Shown here: piece after piece, positions 38,380 to 48,367 of the stretch
Numbering within the stretch: position 1 is the stretch's first letter
Layout of the letters: every line of letters starts with the position of its first letter
DNA from: Balneolales bacterium
Lineage (GTDB): Bacteria > Bacteroidota > Rhodothermia > Balneolales > DATFMH01
NCBI GenBank assembly: GCA_035267045.1
Contig: DATFMH010000069.1
Coordinates: 6,208 to 70,207, forward strand
Direction: 5' to 3'
DNA length: 64,000 nucleotides
Notes under the pieces: model-generated
Databases searched by the model: none
Told to the model about the DNA's origin: nothing
What the model saw: the letters and a program-made list of their open reading frames with translations, nothing else
Program-made: the position numbers and the translations under genes

Positions 38380-39513
38380 GTGAAAGTCGTTGTTTTAAAA
38401 GAAACTATTCCCGGCGAAACGAGAGTCGCTCTAAGTCCAGAGACGGTATCAAGCCTCATTCAGAAAAATGGACTCGAAGTTCTCGTGGAAAAAGACGCTG
38501 GCAAACAAGCCGCGTTTCCCGATCGGGACTATGAAAAAGCTGGTGCAAAGATTGTACCAGATGTTAAAGAACTATACAATTCTGCAGATATTTTGCTAAA
38601 AGTGCAGAAACCCACCGAAGAAGAGATAAAAATGATGAAGCCGGGAACGGCTTTGGTCTGCTTTCTTTGGGCATTATACGACAAAAAGCTTGTCGATCAA
38701 TTAAAAGATGCCAAAATTACAGCATTCGGTGTGGATGCCATTCCCCGTATCTCCAGGGCCCAAAATATGGACGCTCTATCATCTATGAGTTCCATAAGCG
38801 GATATAAATCTGTACTGATTGCCGCCAATTCACTAGGTAAATATATGCCTATGATGATGACTGCAGCCGGTACAATCCCTCCCGCAAAGGTCCTGATATT
38901 AGGAGCAGGTGTCGCAGGATTGCAGGCAATTGCCACCGCCCGGAGACTCGGAGCCGTCGTTGAAGCATTCGACGTACGACCGGCCGTAAAAGAGCAGGTT
39001 GAAAGTCTCGGAGCTAAATTTGTGGAAGTCGAATTAGAAGAGCAAGAGACTGAAACAAAAGGTGGTTACGCAAAAGAACTTTCCAGGGAAAGTCAGGAAA
39101 AGCAAAAAGAAGCAATTCATAAACATGCCAAAAAATCGGATGTTGTCATTACAACGGCATTAATCCCCGGCAAACCCGCTCCAAAATTGATAACAAAGGA
39201 AATGGTTGCCGATATGACAACCGGTTCGGTTATCGTGGACCTTGCTTCTGAACAGGGGGGTAACTGTGAACTCACCAAACCAGGTGAAATAGCAGTTGAA
39301 AACGGCGTCTTTATTCACGGCCCGTTAAACATACCCGGTATGATGGCTGAACATGCCAGTCACCTTTATGCTAAGAACATTTCCGCCTTATTGACACATC
39401 TGATTAAGGAAGGTGAATTGAATCTCGATTTTGAAGATGAAATCACCCAGTATACAACCATTACACATAATGGTGAGATAATCAGCCCGGTCATTAAAAA
39501 AGGTGAGATGTAA
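38380..39513 (+). CDS. pntA: NAD(P) transhydrogenase subunit alpha part 1
   Basis: GTG start. Alanine-dehydrogenase-like fold with the NAD motif GAGVAGLQAIATA. Followed by the small membrane alpha-2 gene and the beta gene. Confidence 0.88.
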   Translation: MKVVVLKETIPGETRVALSPETVSSLIQKNGLEVLVEKDAGKQAAFPDRDYEKAGAKIVPDVKELYNSADILLKVQKPTEEEIKMMKPGTALVCFLWALYDKKLVDQLKDAKITAFGVDAIPRISRAQNMDALSSMSSISGYKSVLIAANSLGKYMPMMMTAAGTIPPAKVLILGAGVAGLQAIATARRLGAVVEAFDVRPAVKEQVESLGAKFVEVELEEQETETKGGYAKELSRESQEKQKEAIHKHAKKSDVVITTALIPGKPAPKLITKEMVADMTTGSVIVDLASEQGGNCELTKPGEIAVENGVFIHGPLNIPGMMAEHASHLYAKNISALLTHLIKEGELNLDFEDEITQYTTITHNGEIISPVIKKGEM

Positions 39514-39566
39514 TAATCCCGGAGTAACTATTCATTTATTCCAAATAATGATTGGAGTGTAATTAT

Positions 39567-39857
39567 ATGTCAAGTCTATTATTTAATATTTACATATTTG
39601 TCCTGGCAAGCTTCGTGGGGTTTGAGGTAATCTCAAAAGTACCCACAACTTTGCACACACCACTGATGTCAGGATCAAATGCTATTTCGGGTATTACCAT
39701 TGTTGGAGCCCTGGTAATAGCCGGAGAAGCGAGTGGTACCCTGTCTACAGTTATAGGGCTTTTTGCAATAATTTTTGCAACGATAAACGTGGTTGGTGGT
39801 TTTGTTGTTACCGACCGTATGCTACAAATGTTTAAAAAGAAGGATGATCAAAAATGA
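39567..39857 (+). CDS. pntA: NAD(P) transhydrogenase subunit alpha part 2 (membrane)
   Basis: About 96 aa with three TM helices (LHTPLMSGSNAISGI). I prefer the ATG at 39567, which is preceded by ggag, over the track start at 39552. Confidence 0.8.
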   Translation: MSSLLFNIYIFVLASFVGFEVISKVPTTLHTPLMSGSNAISGITIVGALVIAGEASGTLSTVIGLFAIIFATINVVGGFVVTDRMLQMFKKKDDQK

Positions 39858-41278
39858 GCAACTTTTTACCAGAATCCTTACAAGTATTTGTTCCGGATAC
39901 GGTCCAGATTGTCTACATCATAGCTATTACGCTGTTTATTTATGGCTTAAAGAAATTAAGTTCACCAGCTACAGCACGGAACGGTAACCTTTTAGCGGCC
40001 CTCGGTATGTTTTTGGGCGTAATTGTTACCTTACTGGATCGTCAGATTGTTAGTTTTGAATATATTATTGTTGGTATCATCGTAGGTAGTTTAATCGGGG
40101 TGGTATCAGCCAGGAAAGTCAAAATGACGGCCATGCCAGAAATGGTGGCCATATTCAATGGTTTCGGCGGTGCTGCCTCTGCATTGGTTGCCGTCGGCGA
40201 ATATATGAGAACCGTAAATCCTGCCACACTGGCCATCAATGATTTGGTCACACTGGGATTGAGTGTCCTGGTTGGAGCCGTGACGTTTACAGGAAGTTTC
40301 ATTGCTTTCGGTAAGTTACGCGGTTTCGTAGCTGGCAAGCCAATCGTGTATGCAGGACAAAAGATCGTGAGTGGTATTATCGGCCTGATTATACTTGGTA
40401 GTGTTGTAATGCTCGTTATAGAACCAGCTTCTATTAATTACCTCTGGATCAACGCCGCACTTTCACTGATTCTCGGTATCCTGCTTGTGATTCCGATTGG
40501 TGGTGCCGATATGCCGGTTGTTATTGCACTGTTAAACTCCTATTCCGGTATTGCAGCCATGTTAACAGGTTTTGTTCTTAACAATAACCTGCTTATCGTC
40601 AGTGGTGCATTAGTCGGTGCATCCGGAATTATTCTTTCGAATATCATGTGCCAGGCCATGAACCGGAGTCTCGGAAACGTTCTCTTCGGTGCATTCGGAT
40701 CGGATGGTACAGCAATTGCCGGCGGCGGAGATGCTGATTATGACAAATCCGTTCGTGAAGCAAAAGCTGATGACGTCGCAGTAATGACAGCCTATGCTCA
40801 ACGCGTAGTTGTCGTTCCCGGTTACGGTCTCGCCGTAGCCCAGGCACAACACGTTATTCGTGAAGTGGCTAATTTGTTGGAAGAAAAAGGTGTGGATGTT
40901 AAATACGGTATCCACCCGGTTGCCGGACGTATGCCGGGCCACATGAACGTTCTACTGGCTGAAGCCAACGTGCCTTATCCACAGCTTTATGATATGGATG
41001 ATATCAATCCGGAATTCGAACGGACGGATGTTGTACTCGTAATTGGTGCTAACGACGTTGTAAATCCGGCTGCTCGTACCAATCCCGGTAGCCCGATTTA
41101 CGGTATGCCGATATTGAATGTCGATGAGGCCAAAACGGTTGTCGTTCTGAAAAGAAGTTTGAATCCCGGTTTTGCCGGTATTGATAACGAACTGTTCTAT
41201 AAGGATAACACATATATGTTCTTTGGCGATGCCAAGAAATCACTGACAGCTCTTGCTAGCGCCATTAAAGAACTATAA
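39854..41278 (+). CDS. pntB: NAD(P) transhydrogenase subunit beta
   Basis: Multi-TM N-terminal half and a C-terminal NADP(H) domain (VPGYGLAVAQAQH, HPVAGRMPGHMNVLLAEA, GANDVVNPAA). 4-nt overlap with the previous gene. Confidence 0.9.
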   Translation: MSNFLPESLQVFVPDTVQIVYIIAITLFIYGLKKLSSPATARNGNLLAALGMFLGVIVTLLDRQIVSFEYIIVGIIVGSLIGVVSARKVKMTAMPEMVAIFNGFGGAASALVAVGEYMRTVNPATLAINDLVTLGLSVLVGAVTFTGSFIAFGKLRGFVAGKPIVYAGQKIVSGIIGLIILGSVVMLVIEPASINYLWINAALSLILGILLVIPIGGADMPVVIALLNSYSGIAAMLTGFVLNNNLLIVSGALVGASGIILSNIMCQAMNRSLGNVLFGAFGSDGTAIAGGGDADYDKSVREAKADDVAVMTAYAQRVVVVPGYGLAVAQAQHVIREVANLLEEKGVDVKYGIHPVAGRMPGHMNVLLAEANVPYPQLYDMDDINPEFERTDVVLVIGANDVVNPAARTNPGSPIYGMPILNVDEAKTVVVLKRSLNPGFAGIDNELFYKDNTYMFFGDAKKSLTALASAIKEL

Positions 41279-41300
41279 AATCTAATTTTTAGATCTTTTA

Positions 41301-41337
41301 AGAGGGACCGTACTTATTACGATCCCTCTTTTTTTTC
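41301..41337 (+). terminator. rho-independent terminator of the pnt operon
   Basis: Stem agagggaccg / cgatccctct (one mismatch) followed by a run of 8 T. Confidence 0.7.
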
Positions 41338-41478
41338 TTACAAATCCGTTATCAAGGCAAAAAATATACACATCCCACTCCAAAAACTTTATCCGTTTAA
41401 TCGCATTACTTATAAAAATTAGTTATATATATTTTTAACAAAGACAATTACTTGTAATACATATAGATATATATCATA

Positions 41479-42261
41479 ATGAAAAAGATACTTTTATCAT
41501 TTATACTTATCATAGGATTAATCGGCTGTAAATCTTCCAGCTACTCTACTTCTAATAGCAAACAACCATGCAAGGTTCTCATGAAAGAGCTTCAGGGAAC
41601 GTATACCGGCGGTTGTAAAAAAGGATTAGCTAACGGCAATGGTAAAGCCATAGGAACCGATACCTATCAAGGGCATTTTAAAAAAGGATATCCCGATGGG
41701 AAAGGAACGTATACCTGGGCTTCAGGTGCCCAATACAAGGGAAAATGGGAAAAAGGTAAACAAAATGGTCTGGGATCATTTACCATAACTAAAAATGATT
41801 CATCGAGAGTAAAAAAAGGATATTGGGTTGATGGAAAATACGCAGGTAAAAACAAACCTAAACCGCCGTATCAAATTGAAACAAAAAGAAGTATCAGTAA
41901 TGTCAGATTCAGGAAGTTGTCTGATAAGGGTAATAATATTAGTCTAAGATTCACACAAAATGGTACAGATGTCAAAAAATTTGTTAAAAATTTGTTGCTT
42001 AATGGGAATTCCGGTACTTCAAACACTTCACTAACAAACAACATCGGTTTTGATAAGGTAGATTTCCCTTTTGAGGGAATCATTAGTTATACTATTTCCA
42101 ATAGTTTCAGTATGAGCAAATTACAACCTTTGCCATTAAAGAAAAGCGGGAATGACAATAATTCAGTTTCCAGTGATTCCAAACCAAATAGTTCAGATTG
42201 TCAATTGAAATTCGTGATTAACAAACCCGGCAACTGGGAAATTATTATCGCAAATAATTAA
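41479..42261 (+). CDS. MORN-repeat lipoprotein, paralogue 1
   Basis: Lipobox LIGC. MORN repeats YQGHFKKGYPDGKGTYTWASGAQYKGKWEKGKQNG. S/N-rich insertion near the C-terminus. Confidence 0.7.
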   Translation: MKKILLSFILIIGLIGCKSSSYSTSNSKQPCKVLMKELQGTYTGGCKKGLANGNGKAIGTDTYQGHFKKGYPDGKGTYTWASGAQYKGKWEKGKQNGLGSFTITKNDSSRVKKGYWVDGKYAGKNKPKPPYQIETKRSISNVRFRKLSDKGNNISLRFTQNGTDVKKFVKNLLLNGNSGTSNTSLTNNIGFDKVDFPFEGIISYTISNSFSMSKLQPLPLKKSGNDNNSVSSDSKPNSSDCQLKFVINKPGNWEIIIANN

Positions 42262-42348
42262 CTGGCATTTATAGGTGATGTTATTGAGTAATGTAATTCA
42301 ACACCTGGTAAAAAAAGGGCGTTATGTTATAACATAGTGCTCTTTAAC

Positions 42349-42446
42349 TCACAAACGAAAATCCTGATTTCGTTTAAGAATCTGATCTTTCATGGTGGAT
42401 TTATTTTTGTAAACACAGATTGATAATTACTGGCAATAAGAAGATA
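42349..42446 (-). pseudogene. frameshifted relic of the 3' end of the DUF4340 gene (copy of 45092..45203)
   Basis: About 85% nt identity by eye to 45127-45203. The reverse strand reads YLLIASNYQSVFTK, then a 1-nt deletion, then (N)KSTMKDQILKRNQDFRL-stop. The intact gene reads YILTASNYPYVFTKNKSTIKDQILKRKQDLIMNKKK. A degenerate copy of the downstream terminator hairpin lies at 42312-42345. Confidence 0.75.
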
Positions 42447-42485
42447 AAAGACAATTGCTAATAATGAATATAATTCTATATCATC

Positions 42486-43196
42486 ATGAAAATATTACTT
42501 TTAGCATTTATACTCATCGTTGGATTAATCGGCTGTAAATCTTCCAGTTACTCAACTTCTAATAGCAAACAACCATGCAAGGTTCTTAAAAAAGAACTTC
42601 AGGAAAAATATACAGGTGGTTGTAAAAGAGGATTGGCAAATGGGGAAGGTAAAGCCGTAGGAACCGACACTTACCAGGGGCATTTCAAAAAAGGACTACC
42701 TGACGGAGAGGGTACTTATAAATGGGCTTCCGGAGCTATCTATAAGGGTGAATGGAGCAAAGGCAAGCGGGATGGGAAAGGTACATATACCAATTCAAGT
42801 AAAAGCCAGGCCAACGCAAAAAGCGGATATTGGCGGGAAGGAAAATATCTGGGGAAAAATGAGCCCAAACCACCCTATAAAATTAATCGTAAACGAAGTA
42901 TAACACGTGTAAGTTTTATAAAGATGTCTGATAAGGGTAATGACATTCACCTTTCATTCAGGCAAAACGGATCAGATTCAAAATCATTGGTTAGAAATTT
43001 ATTACTTAATGGAAGCTCCGGAACATTTAATAATACTCTGACGAGTAATTTTATAGGTTTTCAAAAAGTAAGTTTCCCGTTTAAGGGCGGCCTTGATTAT
43101 TATATACCTAATAGCATGGGTTCATATAATATGGAATGCCAAATGGATTTTACTATTAATAAACCCGGAACCTGGGAAATTACTGTGGTAAATTAA
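42486..43196 (+). CDS. MORN-repeat lipoprotein, paralogue 2
   Basis: Roughly 65% aa identity to paralogue 1 by eye. Same lipobox and MORN repeats, but lacks the S/N-rich insertion. Confidence 0.7.
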   Translation: MKILLLAFILIVGLIGCKSSSYSTSNSKQPCKVLKKELQEKYTGGCKRGLANGEGKAVGTDTYQGHFKKGLPDGEGTYKWASGAIYKGEWSKGKRDGKGTYTNSSKSQANAKSGYWREGKYLGKNEPKPPYKINRKRSITRVSFIKMSDKGNDIHLSFRQNGSDSKSLVRNLLLNGSSGTFNNTLTSNFIGFQKVSFPFKGGLDYYIPNSMGSYNMECQMDFTINKPGTWEITVVN

Positions 43197-43363
43197 TGTG
43201 AAGCCATAGCCCCTAAAGTGGCAAACACACACCTGCCTGCAGCGAATATATCAGGAGGAATATTATAAACTTCCACTTGTTATCATTCCGATTCGGGGCA
43301 ATGATTTGCAACAAACATTGGTATAGCTTTAGAAAGGTAAGACAGTATGAAACCGTCTTACAG

Positions 43364-44620
43364 CTACGCTTTTTCGTAAAATTTCATGGCTAATAACAGA
43401 AAGGCACTGGCTAATATCCCACATACTACTAAAACGGTCATAAGAGCGTGGGCCACTCCGTTCGGTCCGGTATAAACATTGTCGATGAGATAACCGGTTA
43501 ACGGCGGACCAAAACCGAATCCTATAATACTGATGACAAACAGGTAAATTCCCCCGGCAAGTGCACGCATTCCGGGTGTAACCAGATCCTGAATGATGGC
43601 AGGAGCAACACCATTATAAGATGATGCAATACTGGCTCCCACCCCGATAAGAATCAACGCTTCCAATCCATTATCGGCATATAAACCGGCATAAAACAAC
43701 GGCAGACAGGCGATACCGGCTAAGATACCCATCCAGAATCGATATTTAGGGTTTCTTCGTGCCAGAACATCGGCCATTTTACCTGAGAGCATGATTGTGA
43801 TACCTGTCAAAAACATGAACCAACCGTAATGCGGTAATAACAACGGGGCCTTGAAACGGTCCACAAAAATATTACTGATAAAACTTAATAACGAATACCC
43901 GGAAAATGCCAAAAAGGCAAAACCAATATTATGAAAAACGATAGCCGGTCGCCCGATCATGTATTTTAAAACAGCCTTCAAAGGCGGGGCCTCTTCCGAT
44001 TTCTTTTGTTCGGATATACCGCGAGGCAACTCTCTGATATACAAATATGCGATAACTGCCAGTATAATCCCCGGAGTACCGACGGTCAGAAATGCCGTAC
44101 GCCAGCTATAAAGCTCACCGATATAACCACCAACCAAAAATGACAGGCCGATCCCGATGAATATTCCGGAGGAGTAGATGGATATGACCGTTGCGCGTTG
44201 GGACGGCTTAAAATAATCAGACAACAGGGAATAGGCCGCGGGGCTACAGGCCGCCTCATTAATACCAACTATTACACGTGCGAAGAGAAGAATGCCGAAT
44301 GTCGCGGCAAAACCGCTCAAAATCGTTGCAAAACTCCAGATTAATAATCCCCCGGCTATAATAAGGCGACGGGAATAAACATCGGCGAGGCGTCCCATGG
44401 GTATGCCGAATATGGCATAGAAGAAAGAAAATGCCGTTCCGTACAGATAGCCGATTTGTAAATTGGATATATTCAGGTCTTTCCGGATTTGAGTACCGAG
44501 TACGGCCACTATCTGCCGGTCAACAAAGTTGATCGTATAAATGAGTGTTAATAGGACCAATATGCCAATAGCATATTTACTGCCTATCTTTTTTTTAGCA
44601 TCCTGAATTGAAACCGGCAT
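43364..44620 (-). CDS. MFS transporter
   Basis: 12-TM profile with the MFS loop motif GRLADVYSRRLII between TM2 and TM3. Confidence 0.8.
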   Translation of the reverse strand: MPVSIQDAKKKIGSKYAIGILVLLTLIYTINFVDRQIVAVLGTQIRKDLNISNLQIGYLYGTAFSFFYAIFGIPMGRLADVYSRRLIIAGGLLIWSFATILSGFAATFGILLFARVIVGINEAACSPAAYSLLSDYFKPSQRATVISIYSSGIFIGIGLSFLVGGYIGELYSWRTAFLTVGTPGIILAVIAYLYIRELPRGISEQKKSEEAPPLKAVLKYMIGRPAIVFHNIGFAFLAFSGYSLLSFISNIFVDRFKAPLLLPHYGWFMFLTGITIMLSGKMADVLARRNPKYRFWMGILAGIACLPLFYAGLYADNGLEALILIGVGASIASSYNGVAPAIIQDLVTPGMRALAGGIYLFVISIIGFGFGPPLTGYLIDNVYTGPNGVAHALMTVLVVCGILASAFLLLAMKFYEKA

Positions 44621-44920
44621 GTAGTAATAAAAGGGATAAAAATTTCATATAATCAAAGCTAAAAAATAGCAGATATTCATGATTTGTACGAACATTAATA
44701 GATTTAAATATACCTATTGAATTGAACGGGGACTATGGAGACGATACGGATTTTCTCGAACAAAAAATATTATGCAGAGACGTGCCATGACCTTTTCCTA
44801 CGAGCGTTATATGCCAATTGTTGGCAATCCGAAGCCTGATAAGGTTGGATTATTTTAAATCAGCAACGAGATATATATAGCCCAAGTTGTCTTTTAGTAA
44901 TTTATAATAACACCTTTCTG

Positions 44921-44945
44921 GATCCTGAATCAAGTTCAGGATGAC
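44921..44945. repeat. gatcctgaatcaagttcaggatgac palindromic repeat unit
   Basis: tcctgaa-tcaag-ttcagga hairpin ending in ...gatgac. It belongs to the gtcat... family of small palindromic units seen elsewhere in the window. Confidence 0.5.
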
Positions 44946-45032
44946 TATATTTTGATGGGTTCTTGCTATTATAGCCTGAATATCTAAATTGAATTCCCAT
45001 CCCTCATTCTCCCATATCAGGTTTTTATTGAA

Positions 45033-45064
45033 AAAGGCTACCATGTTGTAACACAGTAGCCTTT
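45033..45064 (-). terminator. rho-independent terminator of the gldA-gldF-gldG-DUF4340 operon
   Basis: On the minus strand: aaaggctac-(14 nt)-gtagccttt followed by ttcaat, 28 nt after the stop at 45092. Confidence 0.65.
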
Positions 45065-45091
45065 AACATAATTACCTGGTCTTATCTGATA

Positions 45092-46033
45092 TTATTTCTT
45101 CTTATTCATAATCAGGTCTTGTTTGCGTTTGAGAATCTGATCTTTTATGGTCGATTTATTCTTTGTGAAAACATATGGATAATTACTCGCCGTAAGGATA
45201 TACATGTTTTTATCCTTTTTATCAGGTTTGATTTTGAGCGTATTGGAAGTTCCGTTATCCATCTGAAGATCTATTTGATACAATGGGGTACCAAAATCCG
45301 ACGGTTTAATCGAGTCTTTGAATCCATCCGCTCTTAAATCCGCCAAATTCTGAATAATATTTGTTGTCATACTCGTTTTAAGCGAATCACTTCCATACAT
45401 CCAGAGATTTTTACCGGCATTAGTCATGCTATAGGAGCTGTCGGCCGGGAATTTCATGTCCACCTGTTTAACAGCCGTCTTATCGATGGTCCATATTTTC
45501 TTATCCCGCCAGTCATCCGGTTTCTGATTATACATGGCTGACAAATAACCATCAACGGTGTAAACGATATCTTTACCCGCCGGCCTTACATAGGTATTCA
45601 TCGAGCGCCGGCTGGCAAAAGCAAAACGCCCGAGTATTATACTGGCCAACTGGTTACCACCATTAAAGAAAGTGACTTTTGTGCCAGTCGTATCAACCTG
45701 ATACCGGGTGAATGATTTTTTATCCCGTGTAACAATGGCGTTAGGCATCAGGCCTGTTAACTGGCCAATGGCCCGATCAACCTGGTTCTTATCCGCGGGA
45801 TACAATTGTTCATTATGCCCGCGAACTTCCCACTTCCCTTTCTGCTTCAACAGGGTGACCTTCCCGTTTTTTGGGGTATTAATCTGAATCTTATCGACTT
45901 TTGCCGAATCCAGCTTAATCACGGCAGATTGCAATCCCTTACTCGACGAGCCATTTCCCGTCAATTTTACTATTCCTGTTAATACCAGTAAAACAGCGAA
46001 CAGAGCTAATAATGTTTTAGTTGCGTTACTCAT
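45092..46033 (-). CDS. DUF4340 domain protein (GldG-associated)
   Basis: N-terminal anchor helix, size of about 310 aa, and a position immediately downstream of gldG, as in many FCB genomes. Confidence 0.6.
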   Translation of the reverse strand: MSNATKTLLALFAVLLVLTGIVKLTGNGSSSKGLQSAVIKLDSAKVDKIQINTPKNGKVTLLKQKGKWEVRGHNEQLYPADKNQVDRAIGQLTGLMPNAIVTRDKKSFTRYQVDTTGTKVTFFNGGNQLASIILGRFAFASRRSMNTYVRPAGKDIVYTVDGYLSAMYNQKPDDWRDKKIWTIDKTAVKQVDMKFPADSSYSMTNAGKNLWMYGSDSLKTSMTTNIIQNLADLRADGFKDSIKPSDFGTPLYQIDLQMDNGTSNTLKIKPDKKDKNMYILTASNYPYVFTKNKSTIKDQILKRKQDLIMNKKK

Positions 46034-46044
46034 AGAATCACTAC

Positions 46045-47631
46045 TTATAGTCCTTGTTCAATCCATCGGCGTCTGCGCGACTTCTTCCGTTCGTACCGGA
46101 AAAAACCATAACCTAATACCAGGAGTATGGGTAGAAAGACATTCACATACTTAAGCACTGCTTTGGTATTATCACTAACGATCTTCAGTGGCCTGTTTGT
46201 GATACCTTTGGTCCGAAGTGCGATTAACCCCGTATCATCGGCCAGCCAATCAACGCTGTTGACCATCAGATTGATATTATCATCAGGCAGTTTCTGTTGA
46301 TTTGGGCGAACGCCGTTTACTACAAAATCACCGTCACCAATCACGATCATTGAAGTCGGCACACTTTTCTTCAGCCGTAAGTGCAGACTATCAACTCCGG
46401 CATATGCAGAAGTAAACCTCCCTTTTATGAGTGCGGCCAAAGGCAATTTCGGGCTTTTGAATTCATCTTTATTCCAGTTTTGAAATGGATTAACATTCAT
46501 ATATCCTCTTGCCATACCTGATTTTTCGGAACTCCTGGCCAACACCGTGATCTTCTGAGAGGAATCGGCTTTTGAAATATTCAACGACGAAACAAATTTA
46601 AATACCACCGATTCCAGGCCCTTGGTGATCGGGTTGTCTCCAAAATGGGTTATTATGGGTATGTAAGGATAGCGAACCCGGTTCACGAATTGGAATCCAC
46701 CCTGTTGTTGGCGAACACCTATGGAGCTGCTGCTAACGTCCCTGACCAAATCGGCATTGATAGGTAAATGATAATTGGCCAACAGCTTATTTATACCGAT
46801 ATCTTCGGGAACTGCCATTCCCCGTTGAATATTAGCCTGTACTTCATTAATCGCGAAGACTGCTTTTCCACCGGCCATGATATATTGATCTATGGCTTGC
46901 AGCTCTTTCGGTTTTAATTTCTGTTTGGGAGCAATAACCATCAGCACTTCTATATTTGCCGGAACCTGGGTGGTATCCAATCCGGTTACATTCACAACAT
47001 CATATTCCTGGTTCAGTTCCTGCATGAGTTGCGGCATAGCCCTCTGACCCGGTTCTCCATCACCCTGCAACAGCCCGATTTTGGGTTTCTTCTTGATTGT
47101 CAGGCGCTTGATGGTACTGGCTATCGTATATTCCATCGCCGTACCGGGTTTTACAACCGGGATAATTTGTCGTTTACCTTCATACTGAAATATGGCTCCA
47201 AGGTAAGCACGTTTCTGTGAGACCTGATCCCGTTTACGTACATCAACCATTACCGGGCGTATACCGGCCTTTTGAGCTTTCTGTTCCGTCTGGTCATTTT
47301 TATTGGGATTAATAAATTTATATTCCACATTACCACCGGAATAGGTACGGAACTCATCCAAAAGATTCCGGAACTGATCCTGTACCATCGTTAATCGGGG
47401 TGGAAGCTGACCGGAAAAATATGCGGTAACAGTCACCGGATCTTTGATTGTTTTGGCAATCTCCTTACTCGGTTTCGATAAGGTATATTCGTGGTTATCC
47501 GTTAAATCAAGCCTGAGTATCACACCCGAAACGAGGTAATTCAATAAGAACAGGCATCCAATAACCAGGAATATCTGAAATATCGACTCTTTTTTATTCT
47601 GTAAAAAACCGTCAAACCAATTCATGACCAA
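46045..47631 (-). CDS. gldG: GldG-like ABC-transporter-associated protein
   Basis: 528 aa with N- and C-terminal TM helices flanking a large periplasmic domain. Overlaps gldF by 10 nt. Confidence 0.7.
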   Translation of the reverse strand: MVMNWFDGFLQNKKESIFQIFLVIGCLFLLNYLVSGVILRLDLTDNHEYTLSKPSKEIAKTIKDPVTVTAYFSGQLPPRLTMVQDQFRNLLDEFRTYSGGNVEYKFINPNKNDQTEQKAQKAGIRPVMVDVRKRDQVSQKRAYLGAIFQYEGKRQIIPVVKPGTAMEYTIASTIKRLTIKKKPKIGLLQGDGEPGQRAMPQLMQELNQEYDVVNVTGLDTTQVPANIEVLMVIAPKQKLKPKELQAIDQYIMAGGKAVFAINEVQANIQRGMAVPEDIGINKLLANYHLPINADLVRDVSSSSIGVRQQQGGFQFVNRVRYPYIPIITHFGDNPITKGLESVVFKFVSSLNISKADSSQKITVLARSSEKSGMARGYMNVNPFQNWNKDEFKSPKLPLAALIKGRFTSAYAGVDSLHLRLKKSVPTSMIVIGDGDFVVNGVRPNQQKLPDDNINLMVNSVDWLADDTGLIALRTKGITNRPLKIVSDNTKAVLKYVNVFLPILLVLGYGFFRYERKKSRRRRWIEQGL

Positions 47632-48344
47632 ACCCTCCTTCTTAGTGACACTGTTGCCAGAACCATTCCGAGAAGAATGAGTGATAACATATAGATGACA
47701 TCGGCGAAACTGATTACGCCTCGTGACATCTGGTGGAAATGGGTGGACAAACTCAAATATGAGAAGAAATTTGCCAGCATACCCGGGACCAGGGAGTTCA
47801 GCATATTAAATAGAAATTGAAAGAAAAAAGCTATGAATAAACTCAGAATAAAAGCTACTATTTGATTGCTGGTCAGGCTGGATGAAAAGACACCGATACT
47901 GACATAAACACCGCTTATTAAGAGCAATGATATATAACCACCTATCACCGCTCCGTTATCTATATTTCCCAAATTGGCCACGGTTATATAATAGATGACG
48001 GTGGGAATCAATGAAAATACAATCAACAGCCATGATGCAAACCATTTACCAACCACGATCTGAAGATCAGTGACAGGTTTGGTTGCAAGCAATTCCAGAG
48101 TCCCGCTGCGCCGTTCTTCGGCTAAAGTGCGCATTGTAACAGCGGGAATGAAAAAGAACAGTGTCCAAAACGAAACACCGAAGAAAGCGGACAGGGATGC
48201 CTGTCCCTGAAAAAATATATCGGTACCGAAAAGCCAGGTAAACACACCACTGAGGCCTAAAAAAACGATAATAATAATATAAGCCATCAGGGAATCGAAA
48301 AATGAACTGACTTCCCGTTTACAAATGGTTATGATATTATGCAT
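47622..48344 (-). CDS. gldF: GldF-like ABC-2 type permease
   Basis: 240 aa, 6 TM helices, ABC-2 permease pattern (TLAEERRSGTLELLATKP). Confidence 0.7.
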   Translation of the reverse strand: MHNIITICKREVSSFFDSLMAYIIIIVFLGLSGVFTWLFGTDIFFQGQASLSAFFGVSFWTLFFFIPAVTMRTLAEERRSGTLELLATKPVTDLQIVVGKWFASWLLIVFSLIPTVIYYITVANLGNIDNGAVIGGYISLLLISGVYVSIGVFSSSLTSNQIVAFILSLFIAFFFQFLFNMLNSLVPGMLANFFSYLSLSTHFHQMSRGVISFADVIYMLSLILLGMVLATVSLRRRVWS

Positions 48345-48367
48345 AGGGTTTAACTGTTTTGTTTATG

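Noticed and set aside
38322-38534. 70-aa ORF upstream of and overlapping pntAA as a possible leader peptide.
   Set aside because: It overlaps the pntAA coding frame for most of its length. Its R/S/K-rich translation looks like an out-of-frame artefact, and the GTG at 38380 gives a canonical MKVVVLKE PntAA N-terminus.
44850-45044. 64-aa ORF in the MFS / gld-operon spacer.
   Set aside because: Its start lies inside the gld-operon terminator hairpin, and its middle (VILNLIQDPE) is the translation of the gatcctgaatcaagttcaggatgac palindromic repeat. It is most likely a repeat-derived spurious ORF.
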